NCBI GenBank assembly: GCA_030264375.1
Contig: JASCQW010000132.1
Span: 138,363,010 to 138,427,009 of the forward strand
Direction of reading: 5' to 3'
From: Carcharhinus longimanus
Taxonomy: Eukaryota
Length of the DNA stretch: 64,000 nucleotides
Shown here: positions 1 through 12,999 of the stretch, piece by piece
How positions within the stretch are numbered: position 1 is the first letter of the stretch
How the letters are laid out: each line of letters opens with the position of its first letter
Translations under genes and position numbers: made by a program
The notes under the pieces: generated by a model
Told to the model about the DNA's origin: nothing
The model's database searches: none
The model's input: only the letters and a program-made list of their open reading frames with translations

Positions 1-176
1 TTCCCTTTAAAAAAACTTTTCCCCCTTCACCCTTAACTCATGTCCTCTAGTTTTTTTTTCCTCCCCTAACCTCAGTGGAAAAAGCCTTCACTCTGTCTAT
101 ACCCATCATATCAAATGTGCAGAGTCTCTATGCTATTATTCACATGGTGGTATGGTCCTGATGAAAGTTAAGAATT

Positions 177-289
177 AAAGTTTATTTTAGTCACAAGTAA
201 GGCTTACATTAACACTGCAATGAAGTTACTGTGAAATTCCCCCAGTCGCCACAGCCCAGCACCTGTTCAGGTCAATGCACCTAACCAGA
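177..289 (-). mobile_element. HE1/V-SINE-type SINE, tail-only fragment (alternative tail)
   Basis: Matches the 3' tail of copies at 19373, 25183, 41101 and 55875. Confidence 0.8.
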
Positions 290-2344
290 AGGACACCGCA
301 GAGAATCGCCACGGTGGACTTGCATTTCGCCGCTCAATGGTATTTAAATTCTATTATGTAAGTATGATAATTCAAGAATCAGGTGCAATATCTGTCAAAT
401 TTTGAGGCACTGTAGTTGGAAGCAACTGGAGAGCATCTTCCATTAGTTTCACAGCAACCATTGTGTTGCCAAAGCAACATTATCCGCCTATGCAAGAAAA
501 TTGAAATAACACTACAGAAGGCACATGCAAAGAAGAGAGATTTCAAGTGAAATGGGAATCACTCCACTGAAATCATACCTCCCAAAGGGAAACTCTACCT
601 TGCCAAATGAAGCCAGTGTAAGCAAGGTAAAAGTTAGTCCCCTTGTACCTTAAATGCTTTGATGTTGTAAGAAGTTTACAGTTGTTTATTTTGAAATGGA
701 GACTCGGTTCTGGCTCAAATATGAAAGTTGTAACAGTGAGCTCATCTGAGATTGCTGAATGCTATAGCTTTTCCCCCCATCAAGAGAAAAAGTCATTTCA
801 ATTCCCATATACCATTTAAATAAACAGAAGACTCCGTTTGTAGACCTCAGTTTCACATTTATGTAACCTAAAAGATGGTATTACCAGATAGCTCAGACTC
901 AATGATATGACTCTCAGGCCTAGCTGCCGGTTTGTCATTTACACTGAACAAGAACATTATGGCAACTTTTATGCATAATTAATGTGTATACATATTATGG
1001 AAAAGGTTACTGTAAATAGGGATCAAAATAATATAAATCCAGACAATGATTTTTCCAATATTTGGATCTGAAAATGTAACCACAATTGATAATTTCTCAA
1101 ATTTTGGAATTTTTTGACAAAGGTCTCTGGGCTAGAGTAATGAATGCCATTAAGTAAATTTACATACAATTTGTCGCTCGAGTGTTGCTGGGAAAAAAGG
1201 AGACATGCTGTCAAAGTTTTCATCTTGTACTTATCACGATACCAAATTTCAAAGGAAACAACAATTTAAACTGCCCGAGCAAAGGATACTGATTGGTTGG
1301 CAAGTCAGTTCTAATTGGTTGAGTTGTTACCATGGTGAACACAAAAGGGGTCTGTTGCTCCCCCATGCTTTGTTTAATCCAAAAAGGTACAATGCCTGGA
1401 CACATCCCTTTTGCTTACATGCACGTGAACATAGCAAGTGCACTACAATACAGGCCCGACTGATCATGTTAAATTGGTTATTAGTACACTCCGGACTGTT
1501 TGGCGAGTGGTGCCCAATCACAGAATCACATCTGCTGTTAAACACTACGTTCTCAGTTTTGCGAGCACGGGATGGTAGAGTATAGCAAGTACTCAGATTA
1601 TTGCAAACAGTTGAAGGGCCTGATCAGGACTGATAGTCCTTCCAAGGTGAAGGATCACAAGATCCCAGCACAATCATGAGAATCTCAAAATTCTCAAAAG
1701 GTGAAACTTAAATCAAAACATTTAACCGTAGCTCTTGGGATGAGTAATACTGAGAATGTAGTAACTGCTGATCTCAAATGGAACAAGGGCCATTAAAAGC
1801 CAATCACATTGTCCCTTCCTTCTATTGAAGAACCAGTTGAGATTTAATGCAACAACCCAGAGCACTTGCTCCTCTTCACAACTCAGCAACTAGAAGGAAG
1901 GACAAGGTTTGATTCATCTGTAACACTTCCCCTCACCAATTGCTCCAGTTCAGAATCAGGATTCAACTTAATTAACTATACATGATGCCACAGATGTGTT
2001 GCCTTGGTTGACTGAATAACAATTAAGCGTGCATCAGTGCCTTCAGATAAAGGTTTAAAAGGAGAAATTTCAAAGGGAAATATTGCAATAGGAAAAATAG
2101 TTAATACTTCAATAACAAAAACAAACAGGTTTGGTTTGACATTTTGGAGTTGGTAGATGCATCTATACAATGTATCTGAATAGCAAATTCCAATAAAGTA
2201 ACAATCATCTTGAGCTGAAATCTGGAGATTTGATTCTATCCTCATTTCTTGATGGCTGCCCAGAAGGGGACCAAGAAAAGTACAATTTGTTTACAAAAAT
2301 ACAATTAGCGTATCTAAATCATATCCAGTAAATAGCCTCACATC

Positions 2345-2418
2345 GTGAGGTTAAAGTCCAACAGGTTTATTTGGTCGCACAAGCTTTCGCAGCGTTCCCC
2401 CTTCATCAGGCGAGTGAG
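2345..2418 (-). mobile_element. Penelope-type terminal repeat fragment (family A)
   Basis: GGTTAAAGTCCAACAGGTTTATTTGG plus hammerhead-like motif 2378-2412. Confidence 0.75.
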
Positions 2419-2523
2419 TCTAAATAATATCCAATTAGTTCAAATACATTTCATGGAATTTCAAAACAAACAACTATTGAAGGGGAAAAGCATGAATGGA
2501 ATGGCCTCAATTTATATTTAATC

Positions 2524-2830
2524 CATAGAATCCTTACAGTACAGGAGGCAGCCATTTGGCCCATCGCGACTGTATTGACCACAGTCCCACCCAGACCCTA
2601 TCCCTGTAACCCCACATATTTATCCTGCTAATCCCCCAGACACTAGGATTAATTTGCCATGGCCAATCAACCTAACTTGCACATCCTTGGACTCTGGAAG
2701 GAAACCAGAGTGCCTAGAGGAAACTCATGCAGACATGGGGAGAACATGCAAACTACATGCAGACCGTGACCCGAGACCAGAATTGAACAGGGGACCCTGA
2801 TGCTGAGAGGCATAACCACTATGCCACCAT
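2524..2830 (-). mobile_element. HE1/V-SINE-type tRNA-derived SINE with CR1-type tail
   Basis: A/B-box head, V-domain core (GGTTTCCT..CC..), tail ending ATTCTATG. Confidence 0.85.
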
Positions 2831-3059
2831 ATGCCCTACAATAAGCAAAATCAAATTAACAGTTTAAAAATTTTAAAGTTTTTCCATTTTACAAATAATG
2901 CAACACACTCAAAACTAGTACAGTACAGCTTGATCATTCCGCCATATATAAGTACAGAAAAAGGCAGAAGGAAAGCAATGCAGTTGGTGCAGTATACTTG
3001 GTGCTTCCACATGTGCAAAAAAAAAGGCGGCCAAGTAATAGAATGGGGGGGAAAAATAA

Positions 3060-4520
3060 GGAGAGAACAAAGACTGAGGCAGCAGAATTGCTTAGAATGA
3101 ATGGTTATATATAGTGAGGATCAGAGGATCTATTTGCAAGTCTTTAAATTCCTTGTAAAATTCATTCCCAAAACCCTTCCAAGACTCAACTTCGCTCAAA
3201 GCAAAAATCACTTCTCCCTTACAAATGGTGGCATTGCTGTTCGACCTCCAGTCTTCAGAAATTGTTGGGAGTTTAAAGGAAGCAATAAGATGCTCCATAT
3301 GTTTAAGCACATCTCCAGACTGATCGCTTTTATACAAGTTGATGCAGAAGCTTTTAAATGCCTTATTCATCTTAATCATCCTATCACCCTTGGAATCCAG
3401 CACAAACGAAATAGCCTAAGAGTCCACCTTCTCCCAAGTAAGGAGAGCCAAATATCCACTCAGTTTATTTGCTGACTCAATTTGTGTGTTTGGCAAAATG
3501 CATACTCCCCTCAGCACGTTGAGTCAGCACAACTACAGTGCTGTTCGGATTGCATTAATTTCTTTCAGCATCAAGTGGCTAAGATTCTTACATTACTCCC
3601 TCTCCATTTTGGACAATTCTACTTGAATTTGGTGCTGTTGCTCCAGCATTTTATACTATATATTGGCCATTTATGAAATGAAACCCCTTGCAGGTTCGAG
3701 GGGTATACTTGAAAAAGAGAATTGACTGAGTAGAGATCATCAAATTCAGCCTTAGAGATAAAGTTATGACCTTTGAGCAGAGATGCATTAAATCTCCAAG
3801 ATCTAGACTGAGGACGAATCATAGTGAATAAAAATTCCAGGAATGTTGGATGTGATTAGAGAGCACGATACTACATTTGGAGTAGGAGACCACTGAGTGC
3901 AACGTTGTTTTTGGTATGAAAAAAATAATCAATTCTCACAATACATTGATGGGGAGCGGAGGTGGTGGCGAATTCTTTATCTTTAGGATGCGGTGTTACC
4001 AAACAAGGGGCAGCACAGTGGTTAGCACTGTTGCCTCAGTGCCAGGAACCTGGGTTCAATTGTCAGTTTGGGTCACTGTCTGTGTGGAATCTGCACGTTT
4101 TCCCTGTGTCTGTGTGAGTTTCCTCCAGGTGCTCCGGTTTCCTCCCACAGTCCAAAGATGTGCGGGTTAGGTTGATTCATCATGCTAAGTTGCCCCTTAG
4201 TGTATGAGGGGAACTAGCAGGGTAAATAGAGGTTTTCAAGGATAAGGCCGCTGAGGTTGTTGTCAGTGCATGCTCGATGGGCAGAATAGCTTCCTTCTGC
4301 ACTGTAGGGATTCTATGATCCAAATCCCCACTTCCTCACGTACTAATGCAATGCCTTTGCCTGTTGAGTGGGAGTTTATCCATCAAAAGATTAAGGTAAA
4401 CAGCTGAAGTCCCCTCTCTGAAGGAATTTGTTGATAATTCAGCAAAATCCATAAAGACTTTAATAACAAAATCAGGCAAGAGATTTTGGGGGCCTTGAAT
4501 AATTGATTATCAAAATGCTT
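3060..4520 (-). mobile_element. L1/Tx1-type LINE ORF2 remnant (endonuclease and following region), interrupted by a SINE
   Basis: Minus-strand peptides SRSWRFNASLLK and FKSFCINLYKSD...LPTISE...GFGNEFYKEF, typical of L1 ORF2; many frameshifts. Confidence 0.75.
4007..4319 (+). mobile_element. HE1/V-SINE-type SINE with CR1-type tail, inserted in L1 ORF2 remnant
   Basis: GCACAGTGGTTAGCACTG...GGGTTCAATT...GTGCTCCGGTTTCCTCCCACAGTCCAAAGATGTGC...GGATTCTATGAT. Confidence 0.9.
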
Positions 4521-6479
4521 TCCCATGCATTAGCCCATTAACAATCACATTTCTTCCCCCCCATCCTTCTCACAGTTCTGCAGTCTAAAAGGCACATTCT
4601 TTTTAACTAAAACCATAATCCACCAGTCGAAAATGAGGTAAAAAGCACCTGCACTAACTCGTCCCGCTTAAATTTCAGGTGCTCCTTGTCATCAAGATGA
4701 GCTTCCTGAAACAAGACTCTGTCAACTTCCTCCTTTTTCTTTTCATCTCCCATACATTGCAGGAGAAAGTTTCAAAACGGCTACTGCCATTGCTTATTCA
4801 GCCAAAGAGAGTATAGGACATTAATACAAAGAAAGTGGCTTACTTGCCCAAAGATTTTCCCATCCTGTTTGAACGTGCATCAAAACATACTTCCCCGTTT
4901 TCAACTGTACCAGAAGCACACACTATAAAGTCTTTTCCTAGAATGTGAGGCTGGTCTATAACCTTGCAGGAACCCATTAGCTACTCAACTCCAGGATGAA
5001 AAACAACCATTTGTTGAGCTTTCCTTGCCAAATGTGAGGCCCTGTAGGGCTTTCATAAAAACCTTCCATAATTATACCAAGAGTCTCTCTCAACAAAAGA
5101 GACAAGATATTTCACAAAAAGTGCGAGTGCAGAACGCACTTATTTATCATGACCAGAGCAAGTGTAGCCAAAATACACATACCACCATTATAAGCGAATG
5201 GACGAAAAGGAGATTTTTTACACAGCGCTAGTGTTGAAAATCTGCGCAGCACATTCCTTAACTAAAAGGAGCACGCTGAGGAATGTTTTCCATTAAGGAC
5301 AATGGAAGCTCCTTCCAGTCTTAAGGATAAAAACCCTAGCGTGCTCAATTACTGGATCACCCTATTAGAATGATAAATATCAACATAAAATCAGGAAGGA
5401 GTTATAATGACAAGGGATAGAGTCTGAATTTTACAGTGAACTGCATTTGATTTGTCACATGCATTGGTATATAATGAAAAATATTGTCTGTATAGCATGC
5501 AAGAAACAAAAGCATACCGTTCTTAGAGTACATAGGGGAGAAGGAAAGAAGAGGGTGCAGAATGTAGTATGACAGTCTAGCGTCTCCAAATGAATCTGCT
5601 TCTCCATATTATTACCTTCCACAAAAGCCATGGTTTTAGCCAGATTGTCAGATGTCTTTATCAAGTTGCTGACTCGCACCAATGGTGTTGTAGAATATAT
5701 GCCACAAAGCATGCAAATGTTACTTGTGAGGGTGTCCTAACATGAAATACTGGCTCATGGTGGTATATAGTTTTATTTGAATAGTGAGGCATGGAAAACC
5801 CCAGTGAGGAACTAGTCTAGTTATCGCACAACAAAGAACTATGGACTACAGCACCCTAAGACACTTAAGAACATGAATCACTAAACGTGCACAGTTTCTG
5901 AAGAAATTACCCCATGTTCCAAAATATATCTACGATTCCTGGACTTCCCTTTCCTAAAGGACATTCAAATCAAATAACTATAAACTGGATTTGACTTAGT
6001 TACCACACAATATAGAGCTGATAATCAAGTCTGTGAAACATCTTCTGGTCCAGTGAATATATGTAAACTGCTCTTACAAAAAGTTTCCTGCAATGTTTTG
6101 ACTTTAACACAGGTGCAACATCTGAGAATTAAAAGATGTGACAGGACCCCTTGGCTGTGAAATAATTCCTAACATCCTGGCTGAGGTGTGAACTGTCCTA
6201 TCTGCTGAGGGAGGTAACAGTTATACTGTTTCCTCTTTTGCTATTGCAAACTCGAGAGTCAACTGTTTACATATATTGAATTCTGTATTTTTGTGGAGCT
6301 TAGCATTGCTATAGCCATCAACCATTTAGATAACCTGTTTCTGTTTGGGATATGTATCATTATGGTGAGCGAGCGGGTAAGTGGAGCTGAGTCCATGAAA
6401 AGATCAGCAGGCTCGAAGGGCCAGATGGTTTACTCCTGCTCCTAGATCTTATGTTCTTATGTCTATAGCAGTCATCTAA

Positions 6480-7300
6480 GTAATGTGCTTCCACTCCTGA
6501 TCATCTTTAGATGCGCTCAAGCCTTTAGAACGCTGATCACTCTTAGAGGCTTGCCTGACCTTGGAAATGGTTGTTCCCATTGCTAGGTAGGATTCTACCT
6601 TTCAGGCCTTTTCAAGTTGTAGTTACTGTTGCTGCGAGGCGAATCCTTGGCATACAATAGGGTACTGCAATGGCTTTTAGTGCTCTAACTTCATTCAAGA
6701 TCTTTTCACCTTTGTTGTAACAGTGATGAGATATCCTGGAAGAGGCCTTTGCTCTTTAACGTCTTGCAGCCTCCAATACTCTTTGGTGATCCTTGTCGTT
6801 ATGAAAATGCATAGTTACAGGGCAGAGTTGTTGATTTTCCTAAGGCCTCAAAGATAGGATACAATGTGCCCTTTCTAACTTCATGCATGTAGCTTTTATT
6901 TCTAAACAAAGAAAACGTGGTCCCAGCTCTCAACTGGGAGCTTACCCTCAGCTCCTTCTGGCACAGTTTTCCTCCATTCTTAGTTCTCCAGATTGTTAAG
7001 GAATTCTGACATACCACACAGCTGCTTTTCCAAAGATTGTAAACAGGTCTCAAGCAAGTTGCATTTTCAACAGTAACAATTGTCTCCTCAGCTTGTTCAA
7101 GCCTTCTGCCAGTATTCTGCAGTTCTATACTATGAGCACTGATATTTTGCCGAGTGCACCAGATTGAGAGCCTGCTCATTCACTAAGTCGCCATGTTGAT
7201 GAATTGGCTCTATCTCAGTTGCTTTGGACTGTTTTGTCAACAATTTTCTGACTATTTCACGGCATTTTGCCACCAACATTTAACCAGAAATCTTCCAGGG
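6480..7300 (-). mobile_element. L1-type LINE ORF1 remnant
   Basis: Coiled-coil RRLEQAEETIVTVEN followed by decayed ORF1-like segments; lies 5' of the ORF2 remnant on the same strand. Confidence 0.6.
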
Positions 7301-7898
7301 GCATAACATGGAGTTCTCACTTCCAGGATAGGCAAGTACAAGCTGTGTAAATATGATAAATGGAAGGATAATGGGCTGAGTAGTGCCAGAGCTACTACAC
7401 AGCTATTCTAACACTCATCACATACCCCCAAGCTAACAGTTTTAATTCAGCAAACATAAATCCTGCTGTTTTACAGGTAATCTAGCAATTTTTTTTTATT
7501 CTTTTACAGGTATGCAAGTAATTTTTCATGATTTTAAATCACATCACCTGCTCAAGCAACTTTAGTGACTGTTGGTTTAATCTTCAACTTGCGTTTGAGC
7601 ACCAGGTTAGGCAACCAGGCCATAGTGCTGATCCTCAGTCACATCAGTGCTGAGATCAGCTCATTAACTAAGCAGGCCTTTTCTATTCATGGGAAGGCAG
7701 ATCTGCAGGAGTATGTTACAGACTTGCACCAATAAATAGATCTCCATTTGGAACAGCTATTTAATTGTTCTAGCAGGATGACATATTTGGAGGTGCTTTC
7801 GACAAATCGTTGTTCATTCTCTCTCTATTCGCATAACAGTTCTTTTAAAACACATTGATAATTGCAACGTAGCAACATAGCAATCTGAAGAAAGTCCC

Positions 7899-8085
7899 AT
7901 GGTAGCACAATGGTTAACACTACTGCAGCCCAGCACCAGGGACCTGGGTTCAATTCCAGCCTTGGTCAGTGCCTGTGTGGAGTTTGACCTTTTCCTCATG
8001 TCTGTGTGGGTTTCCTCCCACAGTGCAAAGATGTGCAGATCAGGTGTTTTGGCCATGCTAAATTACCTGAGTGTCCAAAGGTGTG
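7899..8085 (+). mobile_element. HE1/V-SINE-type SINE, 3' truncated
   Basis: Head and core similarity to the other copies. Confidence 0.8.
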
Positions 8086-8459
8086 CAAGTGACTTTATTT
8101 TTTACTGCAAAGGAATTATGATGCATTCACACCCTACAGATTTAGAGAATCTGTGAGAACATAAGAACATAAGAAATAGGAGGAGTAGGCCATCTGGCCC
8201 TTCGAGCCTGCCCCGCCACTCAATAAGATCATGGCTGATCTGTCGTGGCTCAGTTCCACTTTCCGGCCCTCTCCCCATAACCCTTAATCCCCTCTCNNNN
8301 NNNNNNNNNNNNNNNNNNNNNNNNNNNNNNNNNNNNNNNNTTCCATTTGCCATTTCCTGGCCCATTCGCCCAGCCTATCTAGATCCTTCTGTAGACTCTC
8401 CACACCCTCTGCACAATATTGGATTAATATCATGTTAACCTTACCTCTTAGTGTAAGTA

Positions 8460-8975
8460 ACAAAGAAAGATTTGCATTTAGAGCATTTTTCACACTGATA
8501 TCAAAAGCCTATGAAGCAAAGTGCAGCCAATTTTGTAATATTGACAAATGTGCAAGGTAATTTGCACACTACTTGCCATTAAACAATGTTTTCTGTAGTG
8601 TTGATGAAGATAAATATTATCTAGGATAACAGGCAATGTGGATGACTCAACTGCCCTCTGAACAAGGGCTACTAAAGATAAGCAATAAATGCTGGCCAGC
8701 CAGTGACACCCATGTCCCATAAATGAATGAAGAAGATAGGTGAAATCCTCCATTCTTTATCAAAGATCATCATGGGATCACTTACACCCACTCTGGGACA
8801 GACAGGATTTCATTTTAACACTGCACCTGAAAGGCAGCATCATCATTCAGTGCAGAACTTCCTCAGTGTTGAACTAGTGTCAACTAGATGATGCAGTCAA
8901 GCTTCTCATGTGAGGGGGCTTGAACTCAGGATTTCCTGACTCGAACGTGAATGCTACTGCTGAGTTGAGGCTGAA
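8460..8975 (-). mobile_element. DeuSINE/AmnSINE-like old SINE
   Basis: GAAAGGCAGCATC...CAGTGCAGAACTTCCTCAGTG core and L2-like tail; similar to 60655-61103. Confidence 0.65.
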
Positions 8976-9757
8976 ATCTTAGTCATTTTATGTACATGTT
9001 TATCATAATAGCATTTCCTATGTATTAAGGATAATTGATTAGTGGCTCTTACAGCCGCAGTTACGTTGCTGAATGGGAGGCAGGAAACATGAAGTGGGAA
9101 TACAAAAGAGCCATTTAGAGCAGATAGATTTTAAACAATGAGCTTATCATGAGACTCAGGAAATGTTCAGTCAAGATTCATCAGGTTGGATAATTTTTTT
9201 TTATAAAAAGCTGAGAATTAGAGCAGTGAAATTAAATTAGCACTTTTTTTAAACTCAAGGTATTGGAATGAAATAGGACAGTGTCATTAAACATGATTTT
9301 TCTAATTTTCAGTTATGTTACTACTTTGAGCTGAGGACAGATTTTGGTTCTGAAATAAATATTTTGCTACTTGGCCTTAGCCAAATATCTCCAAAATCCT
9401 CTCCTCCTATTAGTGGACACTAGCACAGCAAGCAGAGGTCCTCAATTTTTTTAATTTTAATTATAGCCAATAAAATTCCGATTTAAAAATTGATGCGGAA
9501 ACTCGTTGAGTGTAAGTATTCAAGAAAATGTACAGGTCCAGTTTAATGCATTGCCTCATCTGTACCCAAAAGCAAGAGCTTTGACAATAATTGAGAAATT
9601 ATACAACACTAATTTTATTACAATCTCAACCAGGCAATTTTCACACATCCCTATACCATACAATATGTTCTATCAAATCTGACAACATAGTATGTTATTA
9701 CAAAGAAAAATTAGCAACACAAGAAATTAAGGGTCAGTAATCATTAGCTGTTACAGC

Positions 9758-10550
9758 AACAACCTGTATTTATAAAGCACTTTTCATATAATAACATCTC
9801 TCAAAAGGTGCTTCACAGGAGTGCTAGAGTCAAACTTACACAACCACAGAAATATTAAAGCAGATGACCAAAAGCTTGGTTAAATAAGTCAAATGTGAGG
9901 AGGGGGGGGTTTAGGGAGAGAATTGCAGAACCTCATGCCCAGGTAGCTGAAGGCAAAGTTACCAATAGTAAAGCGATTAAAGTTGGGGATGCTCAAAAAG
10001 CCTAAATTAGAGGAAGTCAGTTCACTCAGACATTCATGTGGTTAAGTATTAAAGAGATAGTGAAACAGAGGGATCTGAAAACAAGGAAGTGAATTTTAAA
10101 AGGTGATGTCTCTTTACTGGAAGGCAGTGAGTACAAGGGGGATGGGTGAACAGTACATGGCGAGAGTTAGCAGATGGGCAACAGTTTATGGAGGGTAGAA
10201 CGTGGGAGGTGGCCTGGAATATACTAGAATAGTCAAGTATGGAGGTAATAAAGAATGGATGAAGTTTTCAGTAATGATAAGCTGAGGCAGGGACAGAATC
10301 AGGTGATATTGCAGATGAAAACAGGCAGTCTTGGTGATGGCACAGGTATATTGTTGGAGGTTCATCCCAGGATAAAACATGCCAGTCTGGTTAAACCTCA
10401 CAGTTGTCACAGAAGCAGGAACTCAGCTAATGAATGGAGATTCAATTGGACATTGAAAACAATGACTTCAGTCTTCCCACTATTTAACATCCAGTTCTGT
10501 ATGTCAGACAAGCAGTGTGATAATTTTGAGGTAGAACTGCTGTCAACAGC
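9758..10550 (-). mobile_element. L2-like LINE 3' remnant
   Basis: Tail CAACAACCTGTATTTATAAAGCAC and GGTTTAGGGAGAGAATT segment shared with 20615-20830, 27085-27360 and 63620-64000. Confidence 0.65.
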
Positions 10551-11334
10551 ATGTGGATTAAAATGTAGATAAGTGTAAAAATGGGCTTTCTAAAACATAT
10601 GCAACATGAACATAGCATAGATATAAGCCACAATCTATCATTTCTTTAAATAATTGTTGCAACAGCTGATAGGACACCATCTAACGTCAATAAATTTGTT
10701 TAAGAGTTAAATGCTGTCCACCAAACAGCCAAACCAACTGCCTTCATCCAAACCTCATAATTATGTAGCAAGATAGGTAGTATTCATATATACGAGTGCT
10801 ATTCAGAATGTCACAAACAGAAAATTTTGATACATACTAGGCATAAAGCCAAGTCATACACAAACACTTAGCAAAACATAAATCACACTACACCTGCTAA
10901 TACATTTATCAGAGGCTGTATACCCAATTTGAAAAAGGAAGTGATACCATAAATGGAAATTCTAATTTTACATTCAAGAGACCATACAACAATTGTTATT
11001 ATTTTTTGCAGGTCACCATCTTCCTTTAGTCTGACCTTCTCAGGTGCATCTACCCTTTTTTCTTGGTCCCCTCCACAAAAAAATTTGGATGCTTTTCTCC
11101 CCAAAGGGGTCATTTTAACCCCTTTAAGATGTTTATCTCTGGTCCCTTCAAAAGCAAATTGTTCTGGAACTCCACCTTACACTGCAATCCCATCTTGATT
11201 TTCAATCCCTGCCAGCGCCCCCCACCCCACGTCCCTTCAACTACCTCAGGATTAATAACACTCTGCATTCATTTCTCCCTTTTCCCCTCTCCCTGTCGCC
11301 CAGCTCCCGTTCGGGAGCCGCCTGTGCCACTCAC

Positions 11335-11755
11335 TGAGTTGCCCGGGGGCAGGAGCCAGGTCCTTGGGGGGAGTGGAGGTGTGCCTCTCAAAGTTGCCAG
11401 GGTTGGAGAAGTAATCGCGGAGCCGGGGCAGCTCCCGGCCGGCCTCCTGCAGCTCGGTGTGGAACTCCAGGGCAGTGAGGATGTACTGGTCCCGCAGCAG
11501 CTGGGCCGCCATGGTATCCAAGGAGACGCGAGGCGGCTCTGCCCCCAGCGGCGAGGCGGCGGCCGCCACCTCCCTCAGCCCGCCGCCGATGGACCCGTAA
11601 CCCGCCTCCTGCTGAGGCGACAGGGGCAGCGAGGGGACGTGCGTGGCGGGAGGCGGCGCTGAACCCGGGGCCCCGACATCTTTGCCTTTCCGCGATCTCC
11701 GCTCAGACTCTTCATCAGAGTCGCTGAGGAACGGATTAACACTAGACGCCGCCAT
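11335..11755 (-). CDS. RELCH: RELCH/KIAA1468 (RAB11-binding LisH/coiled-coil/HEAT protein) coding exon 1
   Basis: Translates MAASSVNPFLSDSDEE...RVSLDTMAAQLLRDQYILTALEFHTELQEAGRELPRLRDYFSNPGNFER..., the recognisable RELCH N-terminus and LisH motif. ATG at 11755 in AAGATGG context. Phase-1 donor GTGAGT at 11334-11329. 421 nt. Exon 2 was not found in 1-11334. Confidence 0.96.
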
Positions 11756-12111
11756 CTTGCTTCTCGTCTTCCTGGTTGTAATCTCGCGAGATGTGTCCCC
11801 ATAAACCCCGCCCCCTGATCTCCCCGCCCACTGGATGTTCATTGGACAGGAATCCGATGAACGTCATCTGACAGACAGCCACTTTAACCAATCATCATTC
11901 AACGCAGCTGTCACTCTGGCAACCACCCATGACGCTTTACCACCTTCCACAACATTTCTAAAGCCTTATTTTTTTCCAGAAATGCAGGGGGTAACTTTTC
12001 TTTTTATTAACAGAAACGTTTTTTAAAATTGATCCCATCTGTTAAAGCCGTTGAATAGGTCGACGCCGAAAGGGGGAGGTCAAAGGTGACGGCAGTTATT
12101 GCGCAGGCGCA

Positions 12112-12184
12112 GTGAGGGGTCTATGTGATCTTTAGCACCTGGCCATGGCTCTCTCCTGGATTATTGACACTTACACCCAGGCAG
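12112..12184 (+). other. PIGN: Putative PIGN non-coding exon 1 (5' end uncertain)
   Basis: First good donor, CAG|GTTAGT, at 12185 just downstream of the NRF1 site. The first coding exon has a splice acceptor upstream of its ATG, so an upstream exon is expected. The TSS cannot be determined from sequence. Confidence 0.5.
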
Positions 12185-12453
12185 GTTAGTTTCCCCATTC
12201 AGAAATAAACCTGGTTTGTTTTTTAAACAACCGAGTGTGCATTTCTGTCTCTAACTTTGAAATTACTTCACTGAGGGTGTCAGTTTGTCTCTAGTTTAGC
12301 CCCAGTGTTTCTGATCAGGTATTTTCCTGGCCCACACCCTTTCCTTTTTGGAAGGGATGTCTTGTGTATGGAGACCAAATAGGGATTTAATAGGACTGTG
12401 CAAAATCCCATGAATTGAGTAAATAAAGAGGTAAACTTTTCCCAGCAGCTAGC

Positions 12454-12815
12454 TGGCATCGTGCACAGTGATTAGCAATTTTACCTCACAGTGCCAGAGA
12501 CTGGGGTTCGATTCTGGCTTGGGTCGCTGTTTGCATGTTCTCCTTGTTTCTGTGTGGGTTTACTCCGGGTGTTCCGGTTTCCCCTCAGTCTGAAAAACTT
12601 GCTGGTTAGGTGCATTGGCCATGCTAAATTCTCCCTCAATGTATCCAAACAGGTGGTGAAATGAGGCAACTTGGGGATTAACACTGCAATGAAGTTACTG
12701 TGTAAATGTAAGACTACTTGTAACACTGAATAAATAAACTTTAAAAATACCCAATCAAAGAAACAAAATCCATGCTTTAATGTAAGCCTACTTGTAACAC
12801 AAATAAATAAACTCA
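12454..12815 (+). mobile_element. HE1/V-SINE-type SINE (alternative tail; tail end repeated at ~12778-12813)
   Basis: Core match; AATGTAAG.CTACTTGTAACAC..AATAAATAAACT occurs twice. Confidence 0.85.
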
Positions 12816-12999
12816 GATTGACAGTATAACCAGGGCATGTAGATTTAAGGTGATTGACAAAAAAACCAGTGGTGACACGAGGAAACACTGTTTTGATGCA
12901 GCAAGTTGTGATCTGGTATTCACTGTCTGAAAGGACAATGGAAGCAGATTTAATAGTGCAGCTTTGGACGCAGTGCAGAGGTTTTGTGAGGAGAGTGAA

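Larger units (their letters stand above)
11300..12190. promoter_or_regulatory. CpG island / bidirectional promoter shared by RELCH (-) and PIGN (+)
   Basis: Main CpG-dense stretch of the window. YY1 motif GCCGCCATCTTG 11748-11759; TCTCGCGAGA (BANP motif) 11782-11791; GC boxes 11806-11815 and 11821-11830; CCAAT boxes 11841-11845 (reverse) and 11888-11892; DR1 AGGTCA-A-AGGTGA 12077-12089; NRF1 TGCGCAGGCGCA 12100-12111. Confidence 0.88.

Noticed and set aside
1205-1585. 126-aa ORF in RELCH intron 1
   Set aside because: No recognisable domain or splice support, and it is antisense to RELCH; likely a chance ORF.
4007-4075. tRNA-like A/B boxes at SINE heads
   Set aside because: SINE internal promoters, not tRNA genes; no cloverleaf, and they continue into the SINE core.
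7465-7516. Two TTTTACAG|GTA recursive-splice-like sites
   Set aside because: They are on the + strand, antisense to the RELCH transcript covering this region.
11063-11662. 199-aa + strand ORF
   Set aside because: Antisense shadow of the GC-rich RELCH exon; no recognisable protein.
11756-11842. N-terminal extension of the RELCH ORF (MNIQWAGR...)
   Set aside because: Runs through promoter motifs; recognisable RELCH sequence starts at the ATG at 11755.
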